DNA of 64,000 nt. Source: Lama glama. Its lineage: Eukaryota. The position numbers and the translations under genes were made by a program. The stretch is taken from NCBI GenBank assembly GCA_028534125.1, contig CM052838.1, positions 63,488,001 to 63,552,000 on the forward strand. The letters are read 5' to 3'. The notes beneath the pieces were generated by a model that made no database searches, was not told the DNA's origin, and saw only the letters and a list, made by a program, of their open reading frames with translations. Below are positions 49,188 through 61,390 of this stretch, one piece after another; the stretch's first letter is position 1, and the number at the start of each line of letters is the position of its first letter.

Positions 49188-49690
49188 TAATGGAATACTA
49201 CTCAGTCATAAAAAAGAATAAAATAGTGCCATTCGCGGCAATATGGATGGACCTGAAGATCATCATTCTACGTGAAGTGAGCCAGAAAGAGAAAGATACC
49301 AAGTGAGATCACTCATATGTGGAATCGAAAAGAAAAAAGAAAAGAGGGGACACATCAACTCATCTACAGAACAGAAACTGACTTGCAGACACAGTGAACA
49401 GTCTTATGGTCACCGGCTGGAAAGGGTGGGAAAGGATAAATCTGGGTGTTTGAGACTTGCAGTTGTTAACCTTTATACATAAAAATAGATTTAAAAAAAA
49501 GTTTCTTTGGTATATCATAGGGAACTACATTCAATATCTTGTAATAACCTTTAATGAAAAAGAATATGAAAATTAATATATGTATGTGTATGCATGACTG
49601 GGACATTGTGCTGTACACCAGAGACTGACACATTGTAACTGACTGTTCTTTAATTTAAAAAAAAATTAAGCATACTCTTTAAAAAAAAAA
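49188..49690 (+). mobile_element. 5'-truncated younger L1 (ORF2 end plus 3'UTR)
   Basis: AATGGAATACTACTCAGTCATAAAAAAGAATAAAATAGTGCCATTCGC (MEYYSVIKKNKIVPFAAIWMDL), then GCTGTACACCAGAGACTGACACATTGTAACTGACT and an A tail. Confidence 0.92.
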
Positions 49691-49896
49691 GAAAATCTTG
49701 CATGTTTTAAACTTTTGCTCTGTATAGGACTTTTAAAGCTTCATTTAAATGAAGTTAGACAGAAGGACGTTCGAGATTGACACTTAGTGTGAGGGGAAAG
49801 GTGGATTTGGAGGGACCCTGGGAAGCCATAGTCTTCTGCCTGGATACACCCAGATGAACGTGTGCTCACCGCCTGGATCCCCAGTCCAGAGTGTGC

Positions 49897-50332
49897 GGAT
49901 GTCAGTCTCCTAGGGTGGCCGTAACAAAGTACCACAAACTGAGTGGCTTAAAAAGAGAAACTTACTCTCTCACAGTGCTGGAAGCCAGGATCCTGCAGTC
50001 AAGGTGCTGGCAGGGTAGGTCCCTGCTGGAGGCTCAGGTGGAGAATGGGCCCCACGCCTCCTCTCTCCCAGCTTCCGGGGTTGCTGGCCATTCTCGGCAA
50101 TTCTCGATGTGCAGACACAGCACTCCAGTCTCGGCCTCCGTCTCTGCCCGGCGGTGCTCCCCGGGTGCCTCTCTGCGTGTCCGATGCCAGGCATGCTCCT
50201 GTCGGCCCACTCTACTTCGTGTGATCTCATCTCGTCTAGTTACATCAGAAATGACACTCTTACCAGTAAGGTCACATTCTGAGGTTCCAGGAAGGACGTG
50301 AAATCTGGGGGGACAGTGTGCCACCCAGCACA
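49897..50332 (-). mobile_element. MaLR solo LTR (MLT1C-like)
   Basis: CTAGGGTGGCCGTAACAAAGTACCACAAACTGAGTGGCTTAAAA...AAGGTCACATTCTGAGGTTCCAGG...GGGGGGACAGTGTGCCACCCAGCACA. Confidence 0.9.
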
Positions 50333-52426
50333 GGGGGGACTTGACCTTGATTGTTCACGTGCTACTTACTCTCAGTGCCCCCGCCCAGGGCCCTAACCAG
50401 AACAAACGTCCCGGAGTCGCAGGCTGCTGGTTACCTTCCCCTGAGCCCGCCTGTCCCTGCTCAGGGCTGGGAGGTGAGTCCGCCCCGCACAGGGGGCACC
50501 TGGGTGGGGCTAACTGACGAGCTTCGACAGGTCTTCGATGACTATTTAAGTTGCCAGGAATCACATGTAAAGGCAGCAAAGGATGGAAGGCTTTGCCGGG
50601 AGAGCCCTGCATTCGGACACGCCTCAGAAAGAGTTAAACTCAAAACGCAAAGGCCAGGGAGTTAGTGAAGCCACAAGCGCAGAGGGACCTGCACCGCATT
50701 CAGCCCCCGCTGGACCCCTTCTGAGCACACTGGGGGCACATGCTGGCATGGAAAGGCCCCCAAATGAGCCGGGAAGTCTTCCACTCCATCATGAAGAATT
50801 GTCCTCTGGAGTGGGTACCAGTGGGGATGTGTTTGAAACACTTACCATATGGGCCCGAGAAGGGTCTAATTTGTCCATCTTGAAATTTTGCCTTCCTTCT
50901 GAAAGGATAGTTAATTTAAAGTCATTTGCTTCACAGGTGAAGCCTTTTTTCCAAGTGTTTAATAGATCACCCTTGGTTGCCTGAACAATTAGAAATTGTC
51001 ACCAAAGAAAAATGTCGCAGTTCATGTAAATAACTGTTTACCTAAAGGAGTGCGAATCCACCAGAGTCAGCACACTCTAATGAGGCATGACAGCAGAGAG
51101 GAAGCCAGGGCTCGGCTGCATCTGCTAGAGCTGACATTGCTTACGGTAAAAATTGGCCAAAACAACTATTATTTGTTTTTTTTCTTGTCAGAAATAATGT
51201 AGCTTGAAAATTTTCAACAGGCAACACGAATCCGGACCATTTGTTACTTCTAATGGCACAATTGTCCTCCTGACAGATATAAAAAATTGGGGCACTTATG
51301 TCATTTACCTAAATTTCTAGTTAATGCCATGGCAAAAGAGAAATTGGACCAGCAAAAAAAAAAAGAAAGGAAGAAAAGTTGAAAAATGTCTCTGTTCGTC
51401 CTCATGTAGTCTGTCTTTGTTCAGTTTCCCACTGTTTCCCCAACAAATAACAAACTAGCTCACCAAAGACCGCTCGTCTCAGCAGGAGGAGGGAAAGATG
51501 GAGACTGTGCACTCAGCTCCTCAGGACGCCCGGCACCGCTTTCTCAACAACCAACAAAAAAAAAACCCTTGAAACAAAAGGTGAGTTACATCAAGTTGGC
51601 ATTTCTCGAAGACTTTGTACTTACGCCCATGGCTAAGCGGGAGGCACACTGGACGCCCCCACCCTTGACTCAATCCTCCAGACCCTAACCCTCAAAACTG
51701 CAGCTAGATTGTGCATTTTAAGCCTTGGACATCAGTGGACCACCGGGTAGTTGAAAATTCCTGGAATCCGGCACAGTTGTGAAACAGCCCTCTGATCGCT
51801 GAAGCCGCAGCATTCTGTCTGCTGCACTCCCGACGGCGTTTCCCCCACGGTGAAAAGCAATTCCTCCACAAACGGAGGTGAAGACACTCTCCAGAAGTGT
51901 GATTATGACCGACATTCACGGAGCCAAGGTAACACAAAGCAACACCTCCCATTCTGTGTTCCTTAGAACGCTATTTCCAAGAGATGCTTGGTTGGGGAAA
52001 AATAATAATAATCATTCGGGAAAGCATACTCTCTCCTTCTTAGACACAACGCCCACGAGGATGCAGAAGGTTCTGCGAGTTCTGCAGTAAAGGAGCCTTT
52101 CTCAAGGTATCCAACTCATCATTTTCCAAATGTATTCGACCTTATAGTTCTAATTGTACATGAAAAAAAAATTATACCCTGCAGGGAAGAGAAAAGATCT
52201 GTGGAGTTTAAGCCTGCTATTGAGGACCTTACTCGTTTTCAAAGCAGTCCAGCCCAGGGATGACACCAATGCCTGGCTAAGAGAGACAAAGCGCATGAGA
52301 CACCCAGGACAGAGGCGGGAACGTGGTGGGTTCCTGGTCGCTGCTGGCTGGCCAGAGGACGAGGGAAAAGTTCTTCATGTGAAGTAAACAGATGCCTTCG
52401 GAGACTGCTCCACAGTTCATAGCGTC

Positions 52427-52540
52427 AGAACCCTTGACTGTGGACTTCTGGCCTCCAGAACCCTGTAATCTTGAATCCCCATTATTCTAAGCCACCCAGT
52501 TTGGGGCGCTTTGCAATGGCAGCCCCAGGGAACTGCATGA
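52427..52540 (+). mobile_element. MLT1 LTR 3' fragment
   Basis: TGGACTTCTGGCCTCCAGAAC...TAAGCCACCCAGTTTGGGGCGCTTTGCAATGGCAGCCCCAGGGAACT. Confidence 0.75.
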
Positions 52541-52639
52541 TGACATGGGTGAGTATCTGACAACAGCCTCCAAGTCCCCTCCTCCCACCCCCTCTCCTCC
52601 AAACAACACGCTCCTCATCCCTACCAGCTCCTTCTGCAG

Positions 52640-53720
52640 CAAATCTTCCCAAGTTTTTCAAAGTAGTCAATGTCCTCTGTGTACATTTCAGCTTAGGGGG
52701 TCCTTTCTCAAACGTGGCACCCCACACCCAGTAGAGCACCTCCTTATGATGGAGCCAGTTCAGTAGACGGTGGGTGTTACTCCCTAGATGCACATACGTA
52801 ACCATCTCACAGCTGGTGCATTTTGCATTGTGATCGATCAGATTCTCAAAGTGGTCCCAGTGGGAAGCACTGCGACGTCAGGTGGCCTTCATCCCACCTT
52901 CTCTCTCCCTTCTCGTTCTCCCGCTGACGACGTCCACTTCCACGACTACATACTACCTGTGTGCGAATGACGCCCACGTTTTCCCTCCAGTCTGTGCTTG
53001 TCTTTTATTTGCAACATCTCCGCTTAAATCCTACATGGGCAAAGTGGACTTCTAGAGTCTCCTGCCAGCCGCCCACACCCTGTGCTTCGCCCCAGTTTTC
53101 CTCGCATCAGGGGTGACAGTATCCATCCAGTTTCTCACCCTGAGAACCAAGGATTCTTCCTCGGTGGCCTCCCAGCACTCGGTCACTAAGATCCAGTTCT
53201 CCAGCACGAGCTGCGGGCTCTCCCGCCCACACACATCTTCAGTGGACCCGGTTCTCTCACATCCGCGGCCCCACTCTGGTCTCAGCCACCATCAGCTCTC
53301 TCCTGAACTCCTACTGGGGCCTCCCACCTGCTCCCTTCCCAACCCCTGACGCCTTCCTATCCATTCTCCAGAGAGCAGGCAGAAGGATGCTAAACGTAAG
53401 AGTGAGCAAGATGCTCTTCCCTTCTTGCCTAAAACGCTTCCAAGGAGCCACAGGAAAGTTACAACAAAACACCAGCTCCTGGGACCCTGCACCGTCCATC
53501 ACCTTCCCTCTTCCCTAGTCCCTTTCCACCACGACCTCCTCTCCCCTGCACACTGGAGGCTTCAGGAACCTTCTTTGAGTAACAAGCACCTTCCAGCTGT
53601 AGAATCATCACTCCAGCGGTCCCATCCTCCATGGAGACTCCTGTCCCTTCCCTCCTCCTCCAGAACTGCTCGTGCTTTGGGTCTCCTTGTTTCTGCCATT
53701 GCCATCATGCAAATCTTACA
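52640..53720 (+). mobile_element. L2 ORF2 (RT) remnant
   Basis: TACCTGTGTGCGAATGACGCCCAC (YLCANDAH, a decayed HLYADD motif) at about 52953. C-rich L2 phrases CAGCCACCATCAGCTCTC, TCCATTCTCCAGAGAGCAG and CCTAAAACGCTTCCAAGG. Confidence 0.7.
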
Positions 53721-53855
53721 CAGAAATTAGAATAGTTCCTTTAAGTCGTCACTTTTCAGATCCTTGCTACCTGTTGACAAACTGCTCTCCAAAAAAGGGG
53801 AAATCGTTTCATGTTCTGGACGGTAAGGTAGGAATCTAAGCACATCACCACGCCC

Positions 53856-54376
53856 GTGTCAGTCTCCTGGGGCTGCCGTGGCAAAGCGCCACGAACTGGG
53901 AGACCCAGAACCACCCAGATTGATTGCTCCGTGGTTCTGGAGGCTACAGGGCTGAAGCCAAGGTGCTGGCGAAGCGCTGTCCTCCGTGACAGCTCCAGCA
54001 GACGGTCCTCTTGCCCCTCCTGCTGCCAGCGTGTGCTGGCAGTCCCTGTAGCTCCGTCACTCCTGTTACACGGCCGTCTCTCCCCTGTGCGTTTTCCCAG
54101 CATCTTCCCTCTGTGCGTTTCCGTCTCTGGGTCCAAATTTCCTCTTTTCATATATTGGACTAGAACCCTGCCTGATGACCTCATTTTAACCTGATCACCT
54201 CTGTAAAGACCCTTTTTCCAAAGAGGGTTGCATTCTGAGACACTGAGGACTGGGGACTCATACGTCTTTTGGGGTTTGGTTTGGTTGGTTTGATTTGGTC
54301 TGGTTTTTGGAGTTTTTGGTTTTGTTTTTGTTGTTTCCACACATGTTCGGGGAAGGACACAATTCTACCCAGAACA
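53856..54376 (-). mobile_element. MaLR solo LTR (MLT1C-like) with internal (TTTGG)n tract
   Basis: Colinear with the copy at 49897. Contains GATGACCTCATTTTAACCTGATCACCTCTGTAAAGACCC and ends GGACACAATTCTACCCAGAACA. Simple repeat at about 54267-54336. Confidence 0.85.
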
Positions 54377-54997
54377 ATGCCTGGCCATCCCCCTGTATTG
54401 TCACACCTACAAAATATTGTCACTTCTCATCACCCTGATGGTCACTTGTGTATTAAGTGGTGAATCGGTGTCCCTGCCATGTGACTTCATCATGTGAACT
54501 TCTCTTGTGAATTTCCGGTTTATGTCCTCACTGCATTTGGTCCCGATGGGAACACTTCCAAGCATTTTATCCACCTCTTCGCCCCGCCCACCGGAGGGGT
54601 CTGGATGCCCAATTAACACAGCAATGAGGAAGCACTGTGTTCATCCCTGGTCACACACATTAGAAGCATGAAAGAGAGTGACTTGCTCCTCAACGGGAAG
54701 ACCAGATCTGTCATCACGCAAGGTTGGCAATAGCTGAAACTGAATCACCGAACCCCCAGCGAAAATTTTAGAAAAGGGTGTTTCTCATTTGTAAAGCGAA
54801 AAATGGCCAAAACCCTTTCCTCTCTGTGACTCATTTCTACCTATAATAGCCTCAATTATCGCAAACTACCCCAGCACTGCCTGTTTTTAAAAGCCTTTTT
54901 ACTCATTTCCACTAAACATTCTACATGCTATTACTATGTGAAGTGTGATTTTTTAAAAATCATTGGACTGTATTATATTAAAGTAATAAAAGTGATT

Positions 54998-55145
54998 ATC
55001 TAGTCCAAGCCCCTCCCATTTACCAAGGAGGAAATGGGATTTAGCGAGTTAAGCCTAAGATTACAAGGACAATTCGAGGAGTAGAGCCAGGTCTGGTGCA
55101 CCAAGTGCCTGGCTTTCAGCGAAGGCTTTTCTCAGCCACCGCTGA
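54998..55145 (-). mobile_element. MIR (MIR3/MIRc-like) remnant
   Basis: ATCTAGTCCAAGCCCCTCCCATTTACCAAGGAGGAAATGGG. Confidence 0.65.
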
Positions 55146-55599
55146 CCTTAAGAAAAGTGGCTGTGGCCCCTGTCCAAGATGACAGTGCTCACTCTGATGT
55201 CTGTGAGCACCTGGCCCGCTTGTCCTGTTCTCTGCTCACATTTCTCAGCTGATGCACAGAACGAGCCTCTGTTGCAGGCGTCACCCCACTTTTTGGAGCA
55301 AGACCTGGAGGCCCGTGGCTCACGGGCCGCTGCCGAGTTCACGGGCGGGTGAGCTGAGCGGCCAGGACGTGGCCCAGGCTTCTCAGGTGAGAAATGGTTC
55401 CCGCCAAAATCCTCCAGGACGCTTCGGTCACAGCGGCCGCTTCCAGTGTCAGAAAGCTCCCCTGAACGGAAGGGTCATTGAACTAGTTATTCAAAAACAG
55501 CGAGAGAAATTCTGAAGGCTTAGTCCTGATGCTCTGTCTTCTCTTTCCTCACTGCTAAACGCAAGCATCTTTCCCCCTTCAGACTAAGAAACCTGCGTT

Positions 55600-56260
55600 T
55601 CTTGGCCCGAAGCATGGCTAAGCTCAGGGGCCCCGCATGCCGTGCTTCGGGGGGCGCCTCCCCTCCTGCGCAGGCGGCCGTGGCGCCCGCCGGGGGCCAG
55701 CGCGCTGTGCCTGGGCGGAGCTGCCGGCGTTCTTACTCTCACTGCCACACGCGCAGGCTTATTGATTCCACTCATACTTTTACTATTAATAATTGAGTCA
55801 TGAGCCTTATTTCTTAATCCCATTTTATCCTCTGTACTCATCCTAGTCATTCTTTACATTAAAGGATTAGTGCTCCGGGTGCCACTGGACAAATAAGAAT
55901 CCACCTCGGGAAAGACACGTCTCCAAAAAGAGAGCAGGAGTAACGTTTCCTTAGGAGCAGGCTTAGCGCAGGGGGCAGCGGCCCTGACGGCCCTCTGACA
56001 GTGTCCTCGCCCAGCCGGCCCTGCTCGGTGGACGGTGGGCAGCCGTCCCCACCGGGCAGCGTCTCGTTACGTTTCACACGGAGGCGACCCTGAGTTCTCC
56101 CGCGCAGGTGGGTACCCGCGCCATCCCAGCGCAGTGACGTCCCCTCCACGGGGACAATGAGCCAGCGTCTCAGGCCAGGGCTGCCCCTCTCCACCTCAAG
56201 GTCCGACGAGCGAGGGGACACAGCAGGTCCCCGAGAGCTCTGCTGGCCGCTCGGCAGTCC
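55600..56260. promoter_or_regulatory. CpG-rich patches
   Basis: GGCGGCCGTGGCGCCCGCCGGGGGCCAGCGCGC and further CpG-dense runs, with an AP-1 site TGAGTCA at about 55794. Confidence 0.35.
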
Positions 56261-56774
56261 TCTCAGCTGAGAACTTTGAGGCTCCACTCCAGCCACCTCT
56301 GGGGGACATTTTCCATTAGGGAGTGTGGCCCGGTTCACTCCACAGGTGATCTGCCTCAGGAAGAAAGAGCCACTACCCATTTAAACAAACAAAAAAAGCT
56401 TCTCTGTTGGAGAGAAATTACTTTAACCATTGAAGGATGACATCGTTCATCCAGGTAAATCTTGGAGTCGAAACCATGACACGTCATTACTGGCAGACTC
56501 TGAGCCAGCCAGAGATGCAGCAGGGAAACACTGATGTCCGCAGCCCCGGGGAGACTATCGGTCAGAACAAGCGGTAGGACGTCTATTCCCTCTTCTGGCT
56601 CAGTTACCAGGCATCACCCTGCACGTTGCCCCCGGTTTACAGCTGTGTCTGCTTAACATACAGCGGCGTGGTGGCCACTGCGTACAGGGCGCAGGCCGGA
56701 CCGTCTGGGCCCTCGGGACCGAATGGCGGATGGGGGAACGTCACCCAAGGAAAGCTCATGACCTTGGCGTCCAG

Positions 56775-56972
56775 CAGAGCTGGAGGTGACCCCTTGCTCT
56801 GCCACTGCCAGTCTCAGCAGCTTCAGCCACTTTCCTGACCTCTCAGGCTCTCAGTATCCTCACTGGAAGAATGAGGATAAAAATACCTATTCTTCAAGGG
56901 CTGAAGGCATTAAATGAGAGAACGGATCCAGATGTAGATAAATATCTCTGACAGTGGCAGACACTCATTAAA
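56775..56972 (+). mobile_element. MIR
   Basis: CTCAGTATCCTCACTGGAAGAATGAGGATAAAAATACCTA...ATTAAATGAGA is the MIR core and 3' part. Confidence 0.75.
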
Positions 56973-57154
56973 AAGCCACTACTGAAATGAGACTCCGCTG
57001 CTGACAGCAAACCAAGCTGGAAGAAATTGGCAGTGCTGGACTGTCAGGCAGTTATTTTAATTAATCAGTTTAAGTATTGAGACTCCTAAACAGAATCATT
57101 TAAAGGAAAAAACCTGCAAGAGTAAGTTTACGTAGCTTGTGATCTATTTTTACA

Positions 57155-57235
57155 TCTACTACTTCCTACTTGAGCACTGGGGTTAAATGCTTTAGCGACT
57201 CCTTGTCTCCCTCATCTATGAAACAGAGACCATTA
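57155..57235 (+). mobile_element. MIR remnant
   Basis: CCTTGTCTCCCTCATCTATGAAACAGAGA is MIR-core-like. Confidence 0.45.
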
Positions 57236-57469
57236 GTCATCGCAAGTCTAAACACCGCCACTCACAGACACCAGAACACACTGTTCGCCCATAAGAGAAG
57301 CTGCAGTCTGTAATGGGTGTGAATAAGGTATTTCCTTGCAATAATGAAAGTTAAACGAAAACACAGAAACACTTGTCTCCAATATGTTACCCAAAATATT
57401 TCTGAATCTGTTTTTCAGCTAAAAGTAAGAATAAAATAACTCTAGCAATAACACTTTTTAATATATTTT

Positions 57470-58590
57470 TCATCATTTCAATGTTCAAACAAGTATCAAG
57501 TACCCAATATGTGCCTGTATCTTTAGAACATGAGAACATTGCAAAAATAGAGCCCAGGATTTAGAATCTAGTGCAGAAGACAGGCAGCAAAAAAAAAAAA
57601 AAATTTAAATAGCAATCTGGCCATGCCATTAGAGGAACGTCTAGGTATATGGGGAACACACGAGAAAAAAAAGAGACATCTACATAGTTCCACTGAGATC
57701 AAGAAAGAATTTATGGAAGAGGCAAAGTTTGAGTTGAGATCTAAAAAAAAAAAAAAAAAAAAAAAAAGAATAGGAACTCACAGGCAAGGAGATGAGGATT
57801 CCAGGTGCAATGGGTGTTACGTGCAAGGGTGGGGCTGGGAGAGACACAGCACATCTGATACCAAGGGGACGCAGCGAGAGGACCACACAGGGAGTAGTGA
57901 GGAGGGGTGGGGGCCACACAGGAAGGTAAAATAAGCCATGTGAAAGGGGTTCAGCTTCACCTTTGGGGAAAGGAAAATGTGGATTAAGCAGAAATCTAAT
58001 ACCAACCATAGGATAGTATGACCAAGAGGGATGAAACAGAAACAGTTACATCGGTTGGGAGATTGGTTAGCAGTTTGGCCAAGAAACTATGTGGAGTGAA
58101 GAAGAGACAAAAGCTGGGGAGATTTTCAGCTCAGGGATCTGGGTGAGAGAGAAGGCATTTATCAACGAAAAGGTCTCAGAAGAGGAGGCTAGTTTTGTCA
58201 GGGGTGGAAGGAGAATTTATAAATTAAGTGCTGGTCATATGGACTTTTGATTGTGTAGGGGACATACTGATAGGGAAATCCACAAGGCAGTTGGAAATAA
58301 GTGTTTAGAGCTTATATCACTATAAAAGGCATTAGCAGGAGAGCATATTTATGGGAATATATAATATTACTGAGGGATAATTTGGAAATAAGAAAAGAGG
58401 TCCAAAGAAGAATCTTGAGAGATGATCAATATTTAGGGTCAGCTGTATGAAGAAATATTCACAAAGAAGTCTGAGGAGTGGATAGAATGTGGGTAAAATT
58501 TCAGCAAGAATGGTCTGACAGTGTATGGCACATTCAAATGCCTGCATGGTTGAAAAGGCAAAGGAGAAGAGGGTTTCAAGAAGGAAGCTG
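57470..58590 (-). mobile_element. L2 fragment (contains two poly-A tracts)
   Basis: Degenerate L2 terminus at 57470, plus GGCAAAGTTTGAGTTGAGATCT, AAGGCAGTTGGAAATAAGTG and GAGAAGAGGGTTTCAAGAAGGA. Confidence 0.75.
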
Positions 58591-58684
58591 GTTGAAGAAA
58601 ATATAGGAGTGAAGAAATACATATAAGGCGAGGAAGTCCTTTCTAAACGTACTAATAGAAGTGGAATTTTTTTAAAGAAAAAAG

Positions 58685-60210
58685 GTATCAAGATGTTAGA
58701 TTTACACCTTAATATGTAAACAATTATACAAAATGTAAGTGAATAAAGTCTTATTATTAAAGAAAAAGACTGTCAGAGTGGATGAAAACAAAAAAGCCCA
58801 ATATTATACTACTCCAATAAATACATCCCAAATATTAGAACAGAGTTTGAAGTGAAAGGATAGAAAAATCATATATTATAGAAACTTCAACCAAAAAAAG
58901 CTTGCATGTATATATTGACACAGAAAAAAATAGATTTCAAAACAGGAAAATCCTTTTCTCTCTCCCCCCAGACTTAAAGAAGGACATATAATTTTTTAAA
59001 TCATTTCACCTGAAAGAAATAGCAATCATAAACATGTATGCACCTAGTATTTTAGCTTTAAAATCCATAAGGCAAAAATTGACATTAAAAGGAGAAATAT
59101 ACAAATCTACAATCACAGTAGTAAGTTTTAGCACACCTCCTAAGTAACTGAGAAAGTGAGCAAAAACCAGTAAGAATGTAGAAGGTTTGAACATACATGA
59201 TTAACACATTGACCCAATTGGCATATGTAGAACATGTAGAACATTGTACCCGACTATGTCAGAATAAACTTTCAAGTGCAAATGAAGCATTTACCAAATA
59301 GACTGTATGCCAGATCATTGAGAAAATCCCCATAGATTTCAAAGGAATAACATCATCCAGAGTATGTTCTCCATTCACAGTGCACTTAAGTTAGAAAACA
59401 AACATTTAGAGACCTTAAAAATTTTCCAACTGCTTAGAAATAAAGCCATATACTAATAAATTACCATCTAGATATCACTATAAATTTAAATTTATTTTGA
59501 CCTGAAGATAAAAATAAACAATAAAGCATATTTTAAAACATATGTGATGTAGCTAAAGAGTGCTTAGAGGAAAATTTATCCTCTTGAATCTATATATTAG
59601 AAGACAAAGAAGAAAGGCTGAAAATCAAACACTGATCATCCATCTCAAGAGGAAAAACACAGCAAAGTAAGTCCAAGAAAAGTGGAATAAAGGAAATAAT
59701 AATAAAGATGAGTGAAGATGTCAATGGAATGTAAAGCAAACATGTAAGAAATAAAATTTAATTGACATTTTGAGAAAAATAAAAATTAAGAGCCTGTAGA
59801 AATACTGATAAAAGAAAGAGAAAGAAAACGTAGATTACGCAGTATCAGGAATGCAGAAGGGCATATCAAGAATTCTACAGACATCATAAACATACCAAGA
59901 AGGCATTATGGGCACCTTTATGCCAGTAATTTGAAAACCCAGGTAGATTGGACAAATCCCTTTCAGAATGCAACCAACCAAACTGACACAAGAAGAAACA
60001 GAAAATCAGAAGTAGTCCTATAGCAACTAATCACATTTAAATTCTTCATTAAAAACCTCCCCACAAGAACAAGGCAAGACCCACACAACTTTGCTGTTGA
60101 ATTTTTCCAAACATTTAGGAAAGAAATAATATCAATCTCACACAAAATCTCTTAGAGAAAAGAAAGTAAACACTTTCCAATTTGTTTCTAAAGCTACCAA
60201 AGGCCCAGTG
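58685..60210 (+). mobile_element. Ancient L1 ORF2 fragment (endonuclease to RT start)
   Basis: A-rich decayed ORF2: GACTGTCAGAGTGGAT, AAATAGATTTCAAA, ATGTATGCACCTA, CAGAGTATGTTCTC, TGCTTAGAGGAAAATTTAT, ACCAAAACTGACACAAGAAGAAA, GAATTTTTCCAAACATTTAGGAAAG. Confidence 0.88.
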
Positions 60211-60243
60211 GAACTTATAAAACAAAATACTGGTATAGTATTT

Positions 60244-60298
60244 TGTGTGTGTGTCTCTGTCTCTGTCTCTGTCTCTCTCTATATATATATATATGTAT
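60244..60298. repeat. Compound (TG)n(TCTCTG)n(TA)n microsatellite
   Basis: Directly visible. Confidence 0.9.
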
Positions 60299-60859
60299 GA
60301 AGGAAGAAAATTCTGGAAAAAGAGTTATATATACAAAAAGGTAACTATTGTTTTTTCATGTAGTTTGAACTGTATTTTCTCTTTTCCTTGTTTCAGAATT
60401 TTCAATTCTTTTGAAGTAAGCATGCATATGTTACCTTCATGTTGAATATTATAGCTGTTTAATTTGGGGAAAAAAATCAAGTAAATGCTAAAGCATTTTA
60501 CATTTTGACAGCAGTCAGAGAAAATATCTCAAGTCCCCCTTATACTGGCAATTTTAGTTAGATGGTGTACATTTAATCCAGTAAATTATAATGGATTTGG
60601 GGCTAAAAAGTGAAGAAGCAGAGACAGCAAATAAAAATATAAATTTCCAAAAAGCTTAATCATGCAGAAAAGGAGAATGAGAAAAGTGCTGCCCAGTGAG
60701 AAAGGAGCAGCCCATGAGAGAGAAGACTTTAACCGGGAGAGATTTGAATTTGCATATAAATTTGTAAAGAAAAGAGAGGACACAGATAAACAAGCATGAA
60801 GAAAATGCTGCCCATGGACTGAGACTCTGGGACAGCTGGGGACAAATGTGAAGAAATGT

Positions 60860-61390
60860 GTCGCTCTCAGTCTTTCGTTGACTCTGCTTCCCCGTCACCC
60901 CAGCTTTCCTCCTGGACTTCCTTCCCCTGCCTGGGAGCTCATTCAAAGCACATCGCTGGAGCCTGTGGCATCAGCCTCCAGCTGGCACCTGCCACAGATA
61001 CAATAGGGACAAGCTCAGGAAGGAAGCAAGGTCTGCTATAGCCTCTACGTCTGGATCGTGAGTTCTTCCCATCCTTGGCGGCCCCTCTTGGAAGTTCTCC
61101 CTGCAAACTGCTATGTCACCTCCTTCCACGCTGTGCCTGGGGCGTCGGGAAGCCTGGGGGCCTCTCTGAAGCTTGCCTTACTCCCCTTGGTTCTTAACCA
61201 CCACTGTCTTCCTGGGCATCACTAATGGCCAGAGATCTGAACCACTGCTTCATGTGGCTGACTTCCCTCTGCAACGTTCAGTATTCATAATACCCACCTA
61301 CGGGAAAGAGGGAAATGATTGACTCAAAGGGTAAGATCTGCCACCAAAAAAAATGGGTGGGAGGGACAAAAAGGAGGCAGAAAGTAATAA
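60860..61390 (-). mobile_element. Possible very old MaLR LTR (MLT1J/K-like)
   Basis: Weak phrases only: TTGACTCTGCTTCC, AATGGCCAGAG, CTGCCACCAAAAAAAATGGG...GAGGCAGAAA. Confidence 0.3.

Noticed and set aside
58685-60210. Potentially active or domesticated L1 ORF2
   Set aside because: Riddled with stops, frameshifts and deletions, and no long + strand ORF appears in the track.
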